From the NCBI GenBank assembly GCA_045636665.1, contig JAZTXY010000086.1, forward strand, positions 72,031-136,030: 64,000 nucleotides of DNA. Direction: 5' to 3'. Positions 36,335 to 45,596 of the stretch are shown here, in pieces. Source of the stretch: Eubacteriales bacterium. Its GTDB lineage: Bacteria > Bacillota > Clostridia > Oscillospirales > CAG-382. The notes beneath the pieces were generated by a model. The model worked only from the letters and a program-made list of their open reading frames with translations. It was not told where the DNA came from and ran no database searches. A program made the translations under genes and the position numbers. Each line of letters begins with the position of its first letter. Position 1 is the first letter of the stretch.

Positions 36335-37831
36335 TTGTCTGAAAAAAGAAGCAGCGGTGTGCTGATGAGCATTTCTGCGATACCCTCGCGTTACGGCGTG
36401 GGCACGTTTGGTAAGGAATGCGTCGATTTTGCAAAGAAAATATCCGAAATGGGCTTTTCCTATTGGCAGGTGCTCCCCTTCACTCCGCTTGATTATGCAA
36501 ATTCCCCCTATGGCTCGGACAGCGCTTTTGCGGGTAACGAGCTTTATATTTCGCCCGATATGATGGTGAACGACGGATTTGTGACGAAGGAAGAAGCCGT
36601 TTCCAACGAATATTCGGGCAGTCCTTATATCGCAAATTACGAGTTTGCGCGTGAAAAGCGCGAGGAGCTTTTAAGATTGGCTTTTTCGCGACTTGACGAG
36701 GAAACGAAAAGAACCGTCGATGCTTTTATAAATGAAAACGAGCTTTTACCGCATTGCCTTTTCCGTTCAATGAAAAAGGAAAACCAAAACAAAAAGTTTT
36801 GGGAATGGGAAAAGGGAAGAAGCTATGACGAAGCTTTGCAATGCATTGGAGAGCTTGGCGACGAAATAAGATATCACGGCTTTGTTCAGTATCTTTTTGA
36901 CACTCAATGGCAAAAAACCAAAAATCAAATTAACGCGCTCGGAATAAGCATTATCGGCGATATGCCGATATACGTTTCGCGTGACAGCGCCGACGTTTGG
37001 GCAAATCCCAGCCTTTTCGACGTTGATAAGATAACCTATAAGCCTTGTATGGTCGCAGGCTGTCCGCCCGATTATTTTTCGGAGGACGGTCAGCTTTGGG
37101 GCAATCCTTTATATAATTGGAAGTACCATAAAGAGCAGGGCTATTCTTGGTGGGTAAAGCGCGTCAGACGTCAGTTCGAGCTTTACGATATGCTTCGTAT
37201 CGACCATTTCCGCGCGTTTGCATCCTATTGGGCTATCGATGGCGATGCGAAAACCGCGCGCGACGGCGTTTGGAAGAAGGGACCGGGTATGTCGCTCTTC
37301 CGCGCGGTTAAGGAGGCGTTGGGCGACGTTCCGATAATTGCCGAGGATTTGGGCGTTTTCGGTGACGACGTTGTAAAGCTTCTCGAAAAAAGCGGTTTCC
37401 CCGGTATGAGGATAATTCAATTCGGTTTCGTGCCGAATGACGATTCAACTCATCTGCCGCACAACTATCCCGAAAATTGCATTGCCTACACAGGCACGCA
37501 CGATAACAACACTCTTCTCGGCTGGCTTTGGGAGGCAAGTGAGGAGGAACGCGCCTTTGCGCTTGATTATTGCGGCTTTGACCACGGCGATTGGGGTAAG
37601 GGCGGTTACGATGCGCCTGCCTGCAAGAAGATAATCGAAGCGGTTTGGCGTTCGCACGCGCGACTTGCGATCATTCCTTTTCAGGATATGTGCGGATTCG
37701 GAAGCGACGCAAGAATGAACGTTCCCGGTGACGACAGCGGCAAGTGGTGCTTCCGCACGACGAATGAAACGATAGACGGGATAGACGCCGATTATTTCAA
37801 AAAAATAAATAGCGTTTTCCGCAGAAAATAA
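36335..37831 (+). CDS. malQ: 4-alpha-glucanotransferase (GH77 amylomaltase)
   Basis: SGVLMSISAIPSRYGVGTFG, RIDHFRAF, IAEDLG and YTGTHDN motifs. I prefer the TTG at 36335, after a GAAGGTG RBS. Confidence 0.85.
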   Translation: MSEKRSSGVLMSISAIPSRYGVGTFGKECVDFAKKISEMGFSYWQVLPFTPLDYANSPYGSDSAFAGNELYISPDMMVNDGFVTKEEAVSNEYSGSPYIANYEFAREKREELLRLAFSRLDEETKRTVDAFINENELLPHCLFRSMKKENQNKKFWEWEKGRSYDEALQCIGELGDEIRYHGFVQYLFDTQWQKTKNQINALGISIIGDMPIYVSRDSADVWANPSLFDVDKITYKPCMVAGCPPDYFSEDGQLWGNPLYNWKYHKEQGYSWWVKRVRRQFELYDMLRIDHFRAFASYWAIDGDAKTARDGVWKKGPGMSLFRAVKEALGDVPIIAEDLGVFGDDVVKLLEKSGFPGMRIIQFGFVPNDDSTHLPHNYPENCIAYTGTHDNNTLLGWLWEASEEERAFALDYCGFDHGDWGKGGYDAPACKKIIEAVWRSHARLAIIPFQDMCGFGSDARMNVPGDDSGKWCFRTTNETIDGIDADYFKKINSVFRRK

Positions 37832-37917
37832 TTGACACAAATATTTAAAAAGTATTGAAATTCTTGATATTTGTGGTATAATTCCATTGGTATCACTTAT
37901 GAATTCAGAGGTTTATT

Positions 37918-38946
37918 ATGAAAAAGTTTAAGGCGGCCGTCATTGGTTGCGGCAATATCTTTCCCATGCACGCAGTTAGTATCGTAAGATGCCCCAACGC
38001 AGAGCTTGTTGCTGTTTGCGACGTTAAGAAGGACAGAGCAGACGCTAAAGCCGAAGAATTTGGCGTAAAGGCATATTACGACTATATCGAAATGCTCGAA
38101 AAAGAAGAAATCGACGTAGTTCATATCTGCTTGCCTCACTATTTGCACCCCGTTGTTTCTATGGAATGCAACAAGCGCGGCAAACACGTGCTTACCGAAA
38201 AGCCTATGTCCATTAATATCGAAGACGCGCGCGCTATGATCGACACCGCAAACGAAAACGGCGTTGTTCTCGGCTGTATCTTCCAAAACCGCTATAATGC
38301 AGGTACCGTTCTTGCTAAGCAATTACTCGCTGACGGCACTCTCGGCGCTATCAAATCCGCTAAGTGCTACGTTACTTGGGACCGTTCCGACGCTTATTAC
38401 GGAAGCAGCGACTGGAAGGGCACTTGGGATAAAGAAGGCGGCGGCGTTATTATCGACCAAGCAATCCATACTCTCGATATGATGCGCTATATTATCGACC
38501 GTCCCATTGAATCGGTTTATGCAACCATCGCAAACCGCGGTCACGCTAAGATCGACGTTGAAGATACCGCAGAAGGCGTTATCCGTTTCGATAACGGTAT
38601 GCTCGCAAACTTCCACGCTATCAACTACTACACCTATGACGCAGAGGTATTCATTGAATTCCACTGCGAAAACGGTGTTGCAACCCTCCTTGCCGACAGA
38701 GCTGACGTTAAGCTTTACGACGGCAGAGAATTCCATGCAGTTCAACCCGATGAAGATTTCGGCTACGGCAACGTTAAATCCTATTGGGGCGTAAACCACT
38801 GCAAGCAAATCAACAACTTCTACGAATGCCTTGAATCGGGCGAGGATATGTTTATCCCCGTTGAAAGCGCATACGAAACTATGGAAATGGTTTGCGCTAT
38901 TTATAAGAGCGGCAAAACCGGCGAACGCGTTTACATCAATAAATAA
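37918..38946 (+). CDS. Gfo/Idh/MocA-family oxidoreductase
   Basis: KAAVIGCGNI Rossmann motif and the EKPMS motif. Confidence 0.8.
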   Translation: MKKFKAAVIGCGNIFPMHAVSIVRCPNAELVAVCDVKKDRADAKAEEFGVKAYYDYIEMLEKEEIDVVHICLPHYLHPVVSMECNKRGKHVLTEKPMSINIEDARAMIDTANENGVVLGCIFQNRYNAGTVLAKQLLADGTLGAIKSAKCYVTWDRSDAYYGSSDWKGTWDKEGGGVIIDQAIHTLDMMRYIIDRPIESVYATIANRGHAKIDVEDTAEGVIRFDNGMLANFHAINYYTYDAEVFIEFHCENGVATLLADRADVKLYDGREFHAVQPDEDFGYGNVKSYWGVNHCKQINNFYECLESGEDMFIPVESAYETMEMVCAIYKSGKTGERVYINK

Positions 38947-38957
38947 ACCTAAAAAAA

Positions 38958-38985
38958 GAGGGAGGTCGCCGACCTCCCTTATTTT
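38958..38985 (+). terminator. Rho-independent terminator
   Basis: GGGAGGTC-loop-GACCTCCC followed by TTATTTT. Confidence 0.7.
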
Positions 38986-39003
38986 GAATTTTCGGAGTAA
39001 TTT

Positions 39004-39555
39004 ATGCTCGATATTTTAGAAACCGAGAAAAGCTTTATATTAAAGCATATCAAAGAGGGCGACACCGTTGCCGATTTCACAATGGGCAACGGATACGATA
39101 CGCTTTTCTTTTCGAAAGCCGTTGGGGAAAGCGGCCGTGTTTACGCTTTCGATATTCAACCTGCGGCATTGGAAAGCACGAAAAAGCGTCTTGTCGAAAA
39201 CAACGCGCCGCAGAATTATACTTTAATTTGCGATTCGCACCACAATTCCGATAAATATATCGACGGAAGGATAAAGGCGGGAATGTTCAATCTCGGCTAC
39301 CTGCCGGGCGGTGACAAAAGCATTACAACCAAAAGAGAAACGACAATGGTTGCGATTCAAAAGGCAATCGAGCTTTTGGACAGAGATGCGATACTGCTTA
39401 TTGCGGTATATCCCGGACACGAGGAAGGCGAAATCGAAGGCGAGTTAATAAACGAAATGCTTTCAACTCTCGACCGCAAAAGGTATTGCTGTGCGAAATT
39501 CCGCATAATCAATTCGCCCACAAGCTCTTATTTTTATATAGTTGAAAGCAAATAA
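39004..39555 (+). CDS. Class I SAM-dependent methyltransferase, YtqB/MnmM-like
   Basis: VADFTMGNGYDTLFFS, MFNLGYLPGGDKSITT and VYPGHEEG motifs. Confidence 0.7.
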   Translation: MLDILETEKSFILKHIKEGDTVADFTMGNGYDTLFFSKAVGESGRVYAFDIQPAALESTKKRLVENNAPQNYTLICDSHHNSDKYIDGRIKAGMFNLGYLPGGDKSITTKRETTMVAIQKAIELLDRDAILLIAVYPGHEEGEIEGELINEMLSTLDRKRYCCAKFRIINSPTSSYFYIVESK

Positions 39556-39729
39556 ACATCCCCCAAAAATCCAAGAATTTTCGGGGACTCCAAACAAATC
39601 ATATACGTTGTAATTACGGGATTTCGACGTATGTGAGTTCCGTTCGTTCGCACAGAATTTGTTGCGACGCTTCGCGTCTTATCCGAATTCTCGGAACTTG
39701 GAGGTATATTTTATCAAAAAGGAGAAGTT

Positions 39730-40440
39730 ATGATTTTATTTGTAATTCGTCACGGCGATCCGATTTATGATCCCGATACTCTTACACCCAAAGGAAAACG
39801 TCAGGCGGAAGCGCTCGGAAAGCGTTTTGCGGTTAACGGGCTTGACAGAATTTATTCTTCTCCCAACGGCAGAGCGCAGGAAACGGCTCGACCCACCTGT
39901 GAGCTTTTGGGCAAGGAAGCGGTTATTCTCGATTGGACGAGCGAAAATCTCGCAGGTAAAGATTTTATGTTCCATAATCCCGAGGACGGCGGACGTTATT
40001 GCTGGTCCTTCGGTATGAATCCTTACCGTTTCCGTGAGGAGGGTGTTGCGCTTGGTGATAAATGGTACGAAACCTTCCCGTTTACCCATTGCAACGCAAA
40101 AGAGGGCTTTGAACGAATCGGACGTGAATCGGATGCTTTTATGGAATCTCTGGGCTATAAGCACGAGGGTATGCATTACCGCATTATCAATCCGAACGAG
40201 GAACGCGTTGCGGTGTTCTGCCATTACGGCTTCGGTACGACTTGGCTTGCTCATTTGCTCGATATACCGCCCGTGCTTTTCTGGTCGACGTTTTCGTTAA
40301 CTCATACAGGAGTAACAACGATAAAATTCCACAACCATTCAAACGGCTTCACCACTCCGCAGGTGTTCACCCATTCCGACGTTTCGCATATCTACGCCGA
40401 CAGATTGCCGTTTGAATATTCGGATTTCACTAAGCTTTAA
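39730..40440 (+). CDS. Histidine phosphatase (phosphoglycerate-mutase-like) family protein
   Basis: MILFVIRHGDP catalytic RHG motif. Confidence 0.75.
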   Translation: MILFVIRHGDPIYDPDTLTPKGKRQAEALGKRFAVNGLDRIYSSPNGRAQETARPTCELLGKEAVILDWTSENLAGKDFMFHNPEDGGRYCWSFGMNPYRFREEGVALGDKWYETFPFTHCNAKEGFERIGRESDAFMESLGYKHEGMHYRIINPNEERVAVFCHYGFGTTWLAHLLDIPPVLFWSTFSLTHTGVTTIKFHNHSNGFTTPQVFTHSDVSHIYADRLPFEYSDFTKL

Positions 40441-40445
40441 AATGC

Positions 40446-40476
40446 AAAAAGACCGCCTCTTTCGGCGGTCTTTGTT
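40446..40476. terminator. Bidirectional terminator
   Basis: GACCGCC-loop-GGCGGTC with flanking A- and T-runs. Confidence 0.7.
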
Positions 40477-40722
40477 TTAAGAATTGGCGTATTTTTGCTT
40501 TGTTTGTTGAATTTGCTGTTGGGGTGCCTGAGTCGAAGGATACCAACCCTTTTGCGACATTTTGGCATAGATTTCGTTTTGGATGCAAAGGGTTTCGTTA
40601 AGCGCCTGCTTGAACGCGTTGTTTACGTTGGGGGTAGAAGCCTCGATTGTGCCGTGCATAAAAATATCGCACGCATTTTTAACACTCGTCAGAATGTTGT
40701 CCATAATAACCTTATCCTGCAT
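40477..40722 (-). CDS. Spore coat protein, CotF-like
   Basis: AAGGAGG RBS. VIMDNILTSVKNACDIFMHGTIEASTPNVNNAFKQALNETLCIQNEIYAKMSQKGWY. Confidence 0.75.
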   Translation of the reverse strand: MQDKVIMDNILTSVKNACDIFMHGTIEASTPNVNNAFKQALNETLCIQNEIYAKMSQKGWYPSTQAPQQQIQQTKQKYANS

Positions 40723-40732
40723 ATTATCCTCC

Positions 40733-40906
40733 TTAAAGCAAATTGTAAATGCTGTCAAAAACCTTTTGTTGCTTTTGCGCTATCTGCGAAACGAAGTTGG
40801 ACAACTCGGTATCGCCGAGTCGATTCGAAAAATCGGTGCATACGGTTTTGATCTGTTGCGTGTGGGAAAGCGCGTCTTCAACGTAAAGAAGCTCTTTGGG
40901 TGACAT
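40733..40906 (-). CDS. Small helical protein (57 aa), putative spore-coat-associated partner of the CotF-like gene; not in the ORF track
   Basis: GGAGG RBS 8 nt upstream of the ATG. MSPKELLYVEDALSHTQQIKTVCTDFSNRLGDTELSNFVSQIAQKQQKVFDSIYNLL. The stop lies 10 nt before the cotF-like start. Confidence 0.6.
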   Translation of the reverse strand: MSPKELLYVEDALSHTQQIKTVCTDFSNRLGDTELSNFVSQIAQKQQKVFDSIYNLL

Positions 40907-41044
40907 TTGTTTTACCTCCGAAAAAATAGTTTGTATTTCTATTGTTGGCGGTCAAACGGTTTTATATGCACAAAAAATCAAAATCTTATTGAATTTAGGG
41001 AATCAATATGTTATTATGAAAGCATCAAACAACGGAGGTAAGTT

Positions 41045-42370
41045 ATGGCAGGCGAATGTGAATTAAGAGAGCTTTTAAAGGTTGAGCTTTATCAGCTAAA
41101 GGAAGAGGGAAAGGAAATCGACATTGATTATTGGCTTGGAGAAATCAATGCGTGCAATAACGAAAAGTCAAAGCTTATGGACGTTTATGCCAAGCTTTGC
41201 GCTTTGCCGACAAAAAACGGTTATCCTTATATCGAGCCGAGTGAGCTTGACGAAATATATGCCGAAAGCGATATAGATAAGCTTCCGAACGATAAATATT
41301 CGGAAATCGATGCCGATTATTTCCGCGGCGCTTGGCTTGGACGTTGCATCGGATGCGCGTTCGGTCAACCTGTCGAGGGCTGGGCATCCGCAAACGTAAT
41401 TAAATGGTACAAGGAGGCAGGAAAATATCCTATTTCGTATTTTGTGCCTACCGTTTCGGGTGAGAACCGCAGTAAGCATCCGTCGTCTGACGAGAATTTG
41501 TGCGGTATGCCGCTTGACGACGATACCCGTTTTACGGTTGTAAATTATCTTCTTCTCGGCAAAAAGGGTATTGAAATCGATTCCTGGGACGTTGCTGAGC
41601 ATTGGATACGCACTCTGCCTTACCGTTACGTTTTCACTGCTGAAACGCAAAGCTATCTTAACTTTATAAATCTTGACGAGTGTACTCATTGGACCAAGCC
41701 CGAAAACGCAGTTGACGTTATGCGCAGAGAAAAGGTAAGCAGTTATCTTAATCCCTACCGCGAATGGATAGGCGCGCAGATACGGTGCGATGCGTTTGCT
41801 TACGTTGCGGCAGGTATGCCGAAGCTTGCTTCAAAGCTCGCGCATACCGATGCGTTTTTCACTCACGTTAAAAACGGAATTTACGGCGAAATGTTCTTTG
41901 CTGCGCTTATTTCTGCCGCATTTACCGAAAAAGACGTCGATAAATGCTTTGAAACCGCGCTTGCGGTAATCCCCAAAAAGAGTCGCTTTTACGAAGAAGC
42001 GGTCAGAGCAAGAAGCCTTGCCGAAAGCGATATGCCGCGCGACGAGCTTATAAAAACCTTGCTTGACAACACATATAACTGGGTTCATACAATCAACAAC
42101 GCGACGTTCTGTATCGCCGCAATAATGAGATATAAAAACGATTTCCGCGAAGCGGTCGCTTTTGCAATAGAATGCGGATGCGATACCGACTGCAACGGCG
42201 CAACCGTCGGCTCGTTTATGGGCGCGTTGCTTGGCGAAAAGGGTATACCCAACGATCTGTCGACCGCTATGCGCGATACATTCAGCATCGGCATTTCGCC
42301 TTACGATAATTATTCTATCCGCAAATTTGCCGACGAAGTAAAGGCAATGCATCAAAAGCTAAACGGTTAA
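41045..42370 (+). CDS. ADP-ribosylglycohydrolase family protein with a ~90-aa N-terminal extension
   Basis: GGAGG RBS. GAWLGRCIGCAFGQPVEGW and CGCDTDCNGATVGSFMGALLG motifs. Confidence 0.75.
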   Translation: MAGECELRELLKVELYQLKEEGKEIDIDYWLGEINACNNEKSKLMDVYAKLCALPTKNGYPYIEPSELDEIYAESDIDKLPNDKYSEIDADYFRGAWLGRCIGCAFGQPVEGWASANVIKWYKEAGKYPISYFVPTVSGENRSKHPSSDENLCGMPLDDDTRFTVVNYLLLGKKGIEIDSWDVAEHWIRTLPYRYVFTAETQSYLNFINLDECTHWTKPENAVDVMRREKVSSYLNPYREWIGAQIRCDAFAYVAAGMPKLASKLAHTDAFFTHVKNGIYGEMFFAALISAAFTEKDVDKCFETALAVIPKKSRFYEEAVRARSLAESDMPRDELIKTLLDNTYNWVHTINNATFCIAAIMRYKNDFREAVAFAIECGCDTDCNGATVGSFMGALLGEKGIPNDLSTAMRDTFSIGISPYDNYSIRKFADEVKAMHQKLNG

Positions 42371-42442
42371 TAACAAATCGCATAATAAATTCAAAAAGCA
42401 GGGGGGCAAACCACCTGCTTTTTGAATTCTCGCATTGTTCTG

Positions 42443-43075
42443 TTATAAAAGCTTGGAAATCAATTTGTCCGCAAAAGCGTCGTTGGGAAGGAAAAAGGTC
42501 AGTTCATCCTCAACGCCGTTGCGCATAACCTTAAGGGTGCATTTTCTGCTGTTGCCGGGAAATTCGATAATTTCTTTGGAAAATTCAATGCTGTCTGCGC
42601 CTTTTGTGGTAATGAAAGCATCGTTGGGAGCTTCTTCGGAAAAGAGGTCGTAATGCGCGGTAAAGACCGAAATATCCTTTCCCTCGGCATTGACTGCGGT
42701 GACGTAATATTTGCTCGTTCTGAGCTTTCCGTCGGCACCCGATTTAAAGCGTGTTTCGCCGTCCTCGCGCAAAAATCCTTGGAAAACCGAAAAGTTGCGC
42801 ACGTCGGTCACGCCCTTACCTATCGGTCTGCCGTCGATGCTTTTTTTGAAATCCTCGACGGTTTTTTGAATATGCTCGTCTACGTCTTTGTCGGAAACCT
42901 GAATCCCGTAGCAAATAAAGAATCCGATAACGCCGATGACAACAAACGGCGACGCATAATACCACCAATAAAGGTAACCGATTGCCATACCTATTGCAAT
43001 AAGCGCAAGGCAGGCAAGATAGATTTTTCTTGCGACGTTAAAGCCAAAATACCTTGTGAACCTCGATTTCATCAT
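42443..43075 (-). CDS. Membrane protein (2 TM helices plus a soluble domain), function unknown
   Basis: GGAGG RBS and two N-terminal TM helices. Confidence 0.6.
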   Translation of the reverse strand: MMKSRFTRYFGFNVARKIYLACLALIAIGMAIGYLYWWYYASPFVVIGVIGFFICYGIQVSDKDVDEHIQKTVEDFKKSIDGRPIGKGVTDVRNFSVFQGFLREDGETRFKSGADGKLRTSKYYVTAVNAEGKDISVFTAHYDLFSEEAPNDAFITTKGADSIEFSKEIIEFPGNSRKCTLKVMRNGVEDELTFFLPNDAFADKLISKLL

Positions 43076-43270
43076 TTCCTCCGTGTTATTAATTTGTTTT
43101 TATTATAATTCTTATTTGTATGTATGTCAATATACTGTTGGTTGATATGATTCTACCGTGCTTCGATTTTGCTCCTCACCTATATAGTCACAAAAGAGGG
43201 TGAAAAGGTTTGCGGCTTTTTGAAAAAAGTTAAAATTTTTTTGAAAATACCGCTATTGTTCGTGTTTTTC

Positions 43271-43299
43271 TTGACATTTAAGCCCTTATCGATTATGAT
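43271..43299 (+). promoter_or_regulatory. Sigma-A type promoter for the glutamine synthetase gene
   Basis: TTGACA-N17-TATGAT. Confidence 0.55.
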
Positions 43300-43353
43300 G
43301 TATAAAAATGGGATATTTTGTCCCGAAGATTTTCTCCTACGGAGGACAACGCG

Positions 43354-45438
43354 ATGAATAACGTACCCGAAATTTTCGGTTCTATGGTCTTTAACCGCGA
43401 GGTTATGAAGGAACGCCTTCCCGAAGACGTTTATAAATCCTTAAAGCATACGATACAGCGCGGCGATGACCTTGATATTACCGTGGCAAACGTCGTTGCC
43501 GAGGCAATGAAAAATTGGGCTATCGAAAAGGGCGCAACCCACTATACCCACTGGTTCCAACCCATGACGGGTATCACTGCCGAAAAGCACGACAGCTTTG
43601 TTACACCGACTTCCGACGGTAAGGTTATTATGTCCTTTTCGGGTAAAGAGCTCATCAAGGGCGAACCCGATGCTTCGAGCTTCCCCTCGGGCGGACTTCG
43701 CGCAACCTTCGAAGCGCGCGGCTATACCGCGTGGGACCCCACCTCTTACGCGTTTGTAAAGGATGGCTCGCTTTGTATCCCCAGCGTTTTCTGCTCCTAC
43801 GGCGGCGAAGCGCTTGATAAAAAAACACCGCTTTTGCGTTCTACCGAAGCGTTGAACGAACAAGCAATGCGTATTTTAAAGCTGTTTGGCACCGATGCGA
43901 CTCACGTTAACCCCAACTGCGGTCCCGAACAGGAATATTTCCTTGTTGATAAAGCGCTTTTTAATAAAAGAGAAGACCTTGTCGTTTGCGGCAGAACGCT
44001 TTTCGGCGCAAAGCCTCCCAAGGGACAAGAGCTTGAAGACCACTATTTCGGCGCTATCAAGCCGAGAATTTCGGCATTTATGAAGGAGCTTGACGAGGAG
44101 CTTTGGAAGCTTGGCGTTCTTTCGAAAACCAAGCATAACGAAGCCGCACCCTGTCAGCACGAGCTTGCGCCTATTTACGGCACCGCGAATGCGGCGACCG
44201 ACCACAATCAGCTTACGATGGAAACCATGAAGAAGGTTGCCGAGCGTCACGGTTTGGTTTGCATTCTTCAGGAAAAGCCCTTTGAAGGCATCAACGGCAG
44301 CGGTAAACACGATAACTGGTCGCTCGCAACCGACAAGGGCGCAAATCTTCTTGCTCCCGGCAAAAACCCTTATGAAAATGCACAGTTCTTGCTTTTCCTT
44401 TGCGCGGTTATCAAGGCGGTCGACGAGCATCAGGACCTTTTGAGAATCTCGGTCGCAACCGCAGGCAACGACCACCGTCTTGGTGCGAACGAAGCGCCTC
44501 CCGCAATCGTTTCGATGTTCTTGGGCGATGAGCTTACCGCAATACTTGAGGCTATTGACGAGGGCAAGCCCTATTACGGCACCGAAAAGCTGCAAATGGA
44601 AATCGGCGTTCACGTTCTTCCCACCTTCCCGAAGGACACCACCGACCGTAACCGTACAAGCCCGTTTGCATTTACCGGTAATAAGTTTGAATTTCGTATG
44701 CCCGGCTCGGCGATGTCGGTTGCAGAGCCGAACGTGGTTATAAATACAATAGTTGCAGAAAGCTTGATGCAGTTTGCCGATGAGCTTGAGCGTGCGGACG
44801 ATTTTAAAACCGCGCTTAATAAGCTTATACGCCGCACGATTAAAGAACACAAGCGCATTATATTCAACGGCGACGGATATTCAAACGAATGGAAGAACGA
44901 AGCGGCGCGCCGCGGACTTTTGAACCTTCCGACAACCGCCGATGCTTTGCCTCATTTCGTAAACGAGGAAAATATCGCGCTGTTTACCCGTCACCGCGTT
45001 TATACCGAAAAGGAATTGCGCTCCCGTCACGATATTCTTCTTGAATCCTATTGCAAGATAATCGCTATCGAAGCGCTTACAATGTGCGATATGGCAGGCA
45101 GAGATATTCTCCCTGCGGTCGGCTCGTATATTCTCAAGCTTGCGAAGACGGTTAACGAGTTAAAGAGCGCAAGCGCTCCCATTCCTCACCACACGACAAG
45201 CACACTCAAGCGCCTTGTCGAGCTTTCGGATGAAATGTCGGCGTCGCTTACGCGTCTTCGCGCCAATGCCGAGTACGCTCAGCGTAATTTAAGCAGTGAA
45301 AAATGCGGATTCTTCTGCCGTGACGAGGTGCTTCCCATTATGGACGAGCTCCGCCGTGCCGCCGATGAAGCCGAAACCCTCACCGAGCGCTCCTATTGGC
45401 CGTTCCCAACCTACGGCGATTTGCTTTATTACATTTAA
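43354..45438 (+). CDS. glnN: Type III glutamine synthetase
   Basis: ~694 aa. GGAGGA RBS before the ATG at 43354. [14 protein letters not shown]..., [11 protein letters not shown] and [10 protein letters not shown] motifs. Confidence 0.8.
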   Translation: MNNVPEIFGSMVFNREVMKERLPEDVYKSLKHTIQRGDDLDITVANVVAEAMKNWAIEKGATHYTHWFQPMTGITAEKHDSFVTPTSDGKVIMSFSGKELIKGEPDASSFPSGGLRATFEARGYTAWDPTSYAFVKDGSLCIPSVFCSYGGEALDKKTPLLRSTEALNEQAMRILKLFGTDATHVNPNCGPEQEYFLVDKALFNKREDLVVCGRTLFGAKPPKGQELEDHYFGAIKPRISAFMKELDEELWKLGVLSKTKHNEAAPCQHELAPIYGTANAATDHNQLTMETMKKVAERHGLVCILQEKPFEGINGSGKHDNWSLATDKGANLLAPGKNPYENAQFLLFLCAVIKAVDEHQDLLRISVATAGNDHRLGANEAPPAIVSMFLGDELTAILEAIDEGKPYYGTEKLQMEIGVHVLPTFPKDTTDRNRTSPFAFTGNKFEFRMPGSAMSVAEPNVVINTIVAESLMQFADELERADDFKTALNKLIRRTIKEHKRIIFNGDGYSNEWKNEAARRGLLNLPTTADALPHFVNEENIALFTRHRVYTEKELRSRHDILLESYCKIIAIEALTMCDMAGRDILPAVGSYILKLAKTVNELKSASAPIPHHTTSTLKRLVELSDEMSASLTRLRANAEYAQRNLSSEKCGFFCRDEVLPIMDELRRAADEAETLTERSYWPFPTYGDLLYYI

Positions 45439-45448
45439 TAAAATACAG

Positions 45449-45485
45449 CCGAGAGTAGCCGTTTCGCCACTCTCGGTATTTTTTG
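45449..45485 (+). terminator. Rho-independent terminator after glnN
   Basis: CCGAGAGT...ACTCTCGG followed by TATTTTTT. Confidence 0.7.
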
Positions 45486-45596
45486 TGGACAAAACGAAAA
45501 AATATGTTATTATATTTTCAGAAAAAACGTTAACCAAATCATTTTTCTTTCACTATAAGGGCAGAAGCTTCTAAAAACACACAAGGAGGTGAGCAG

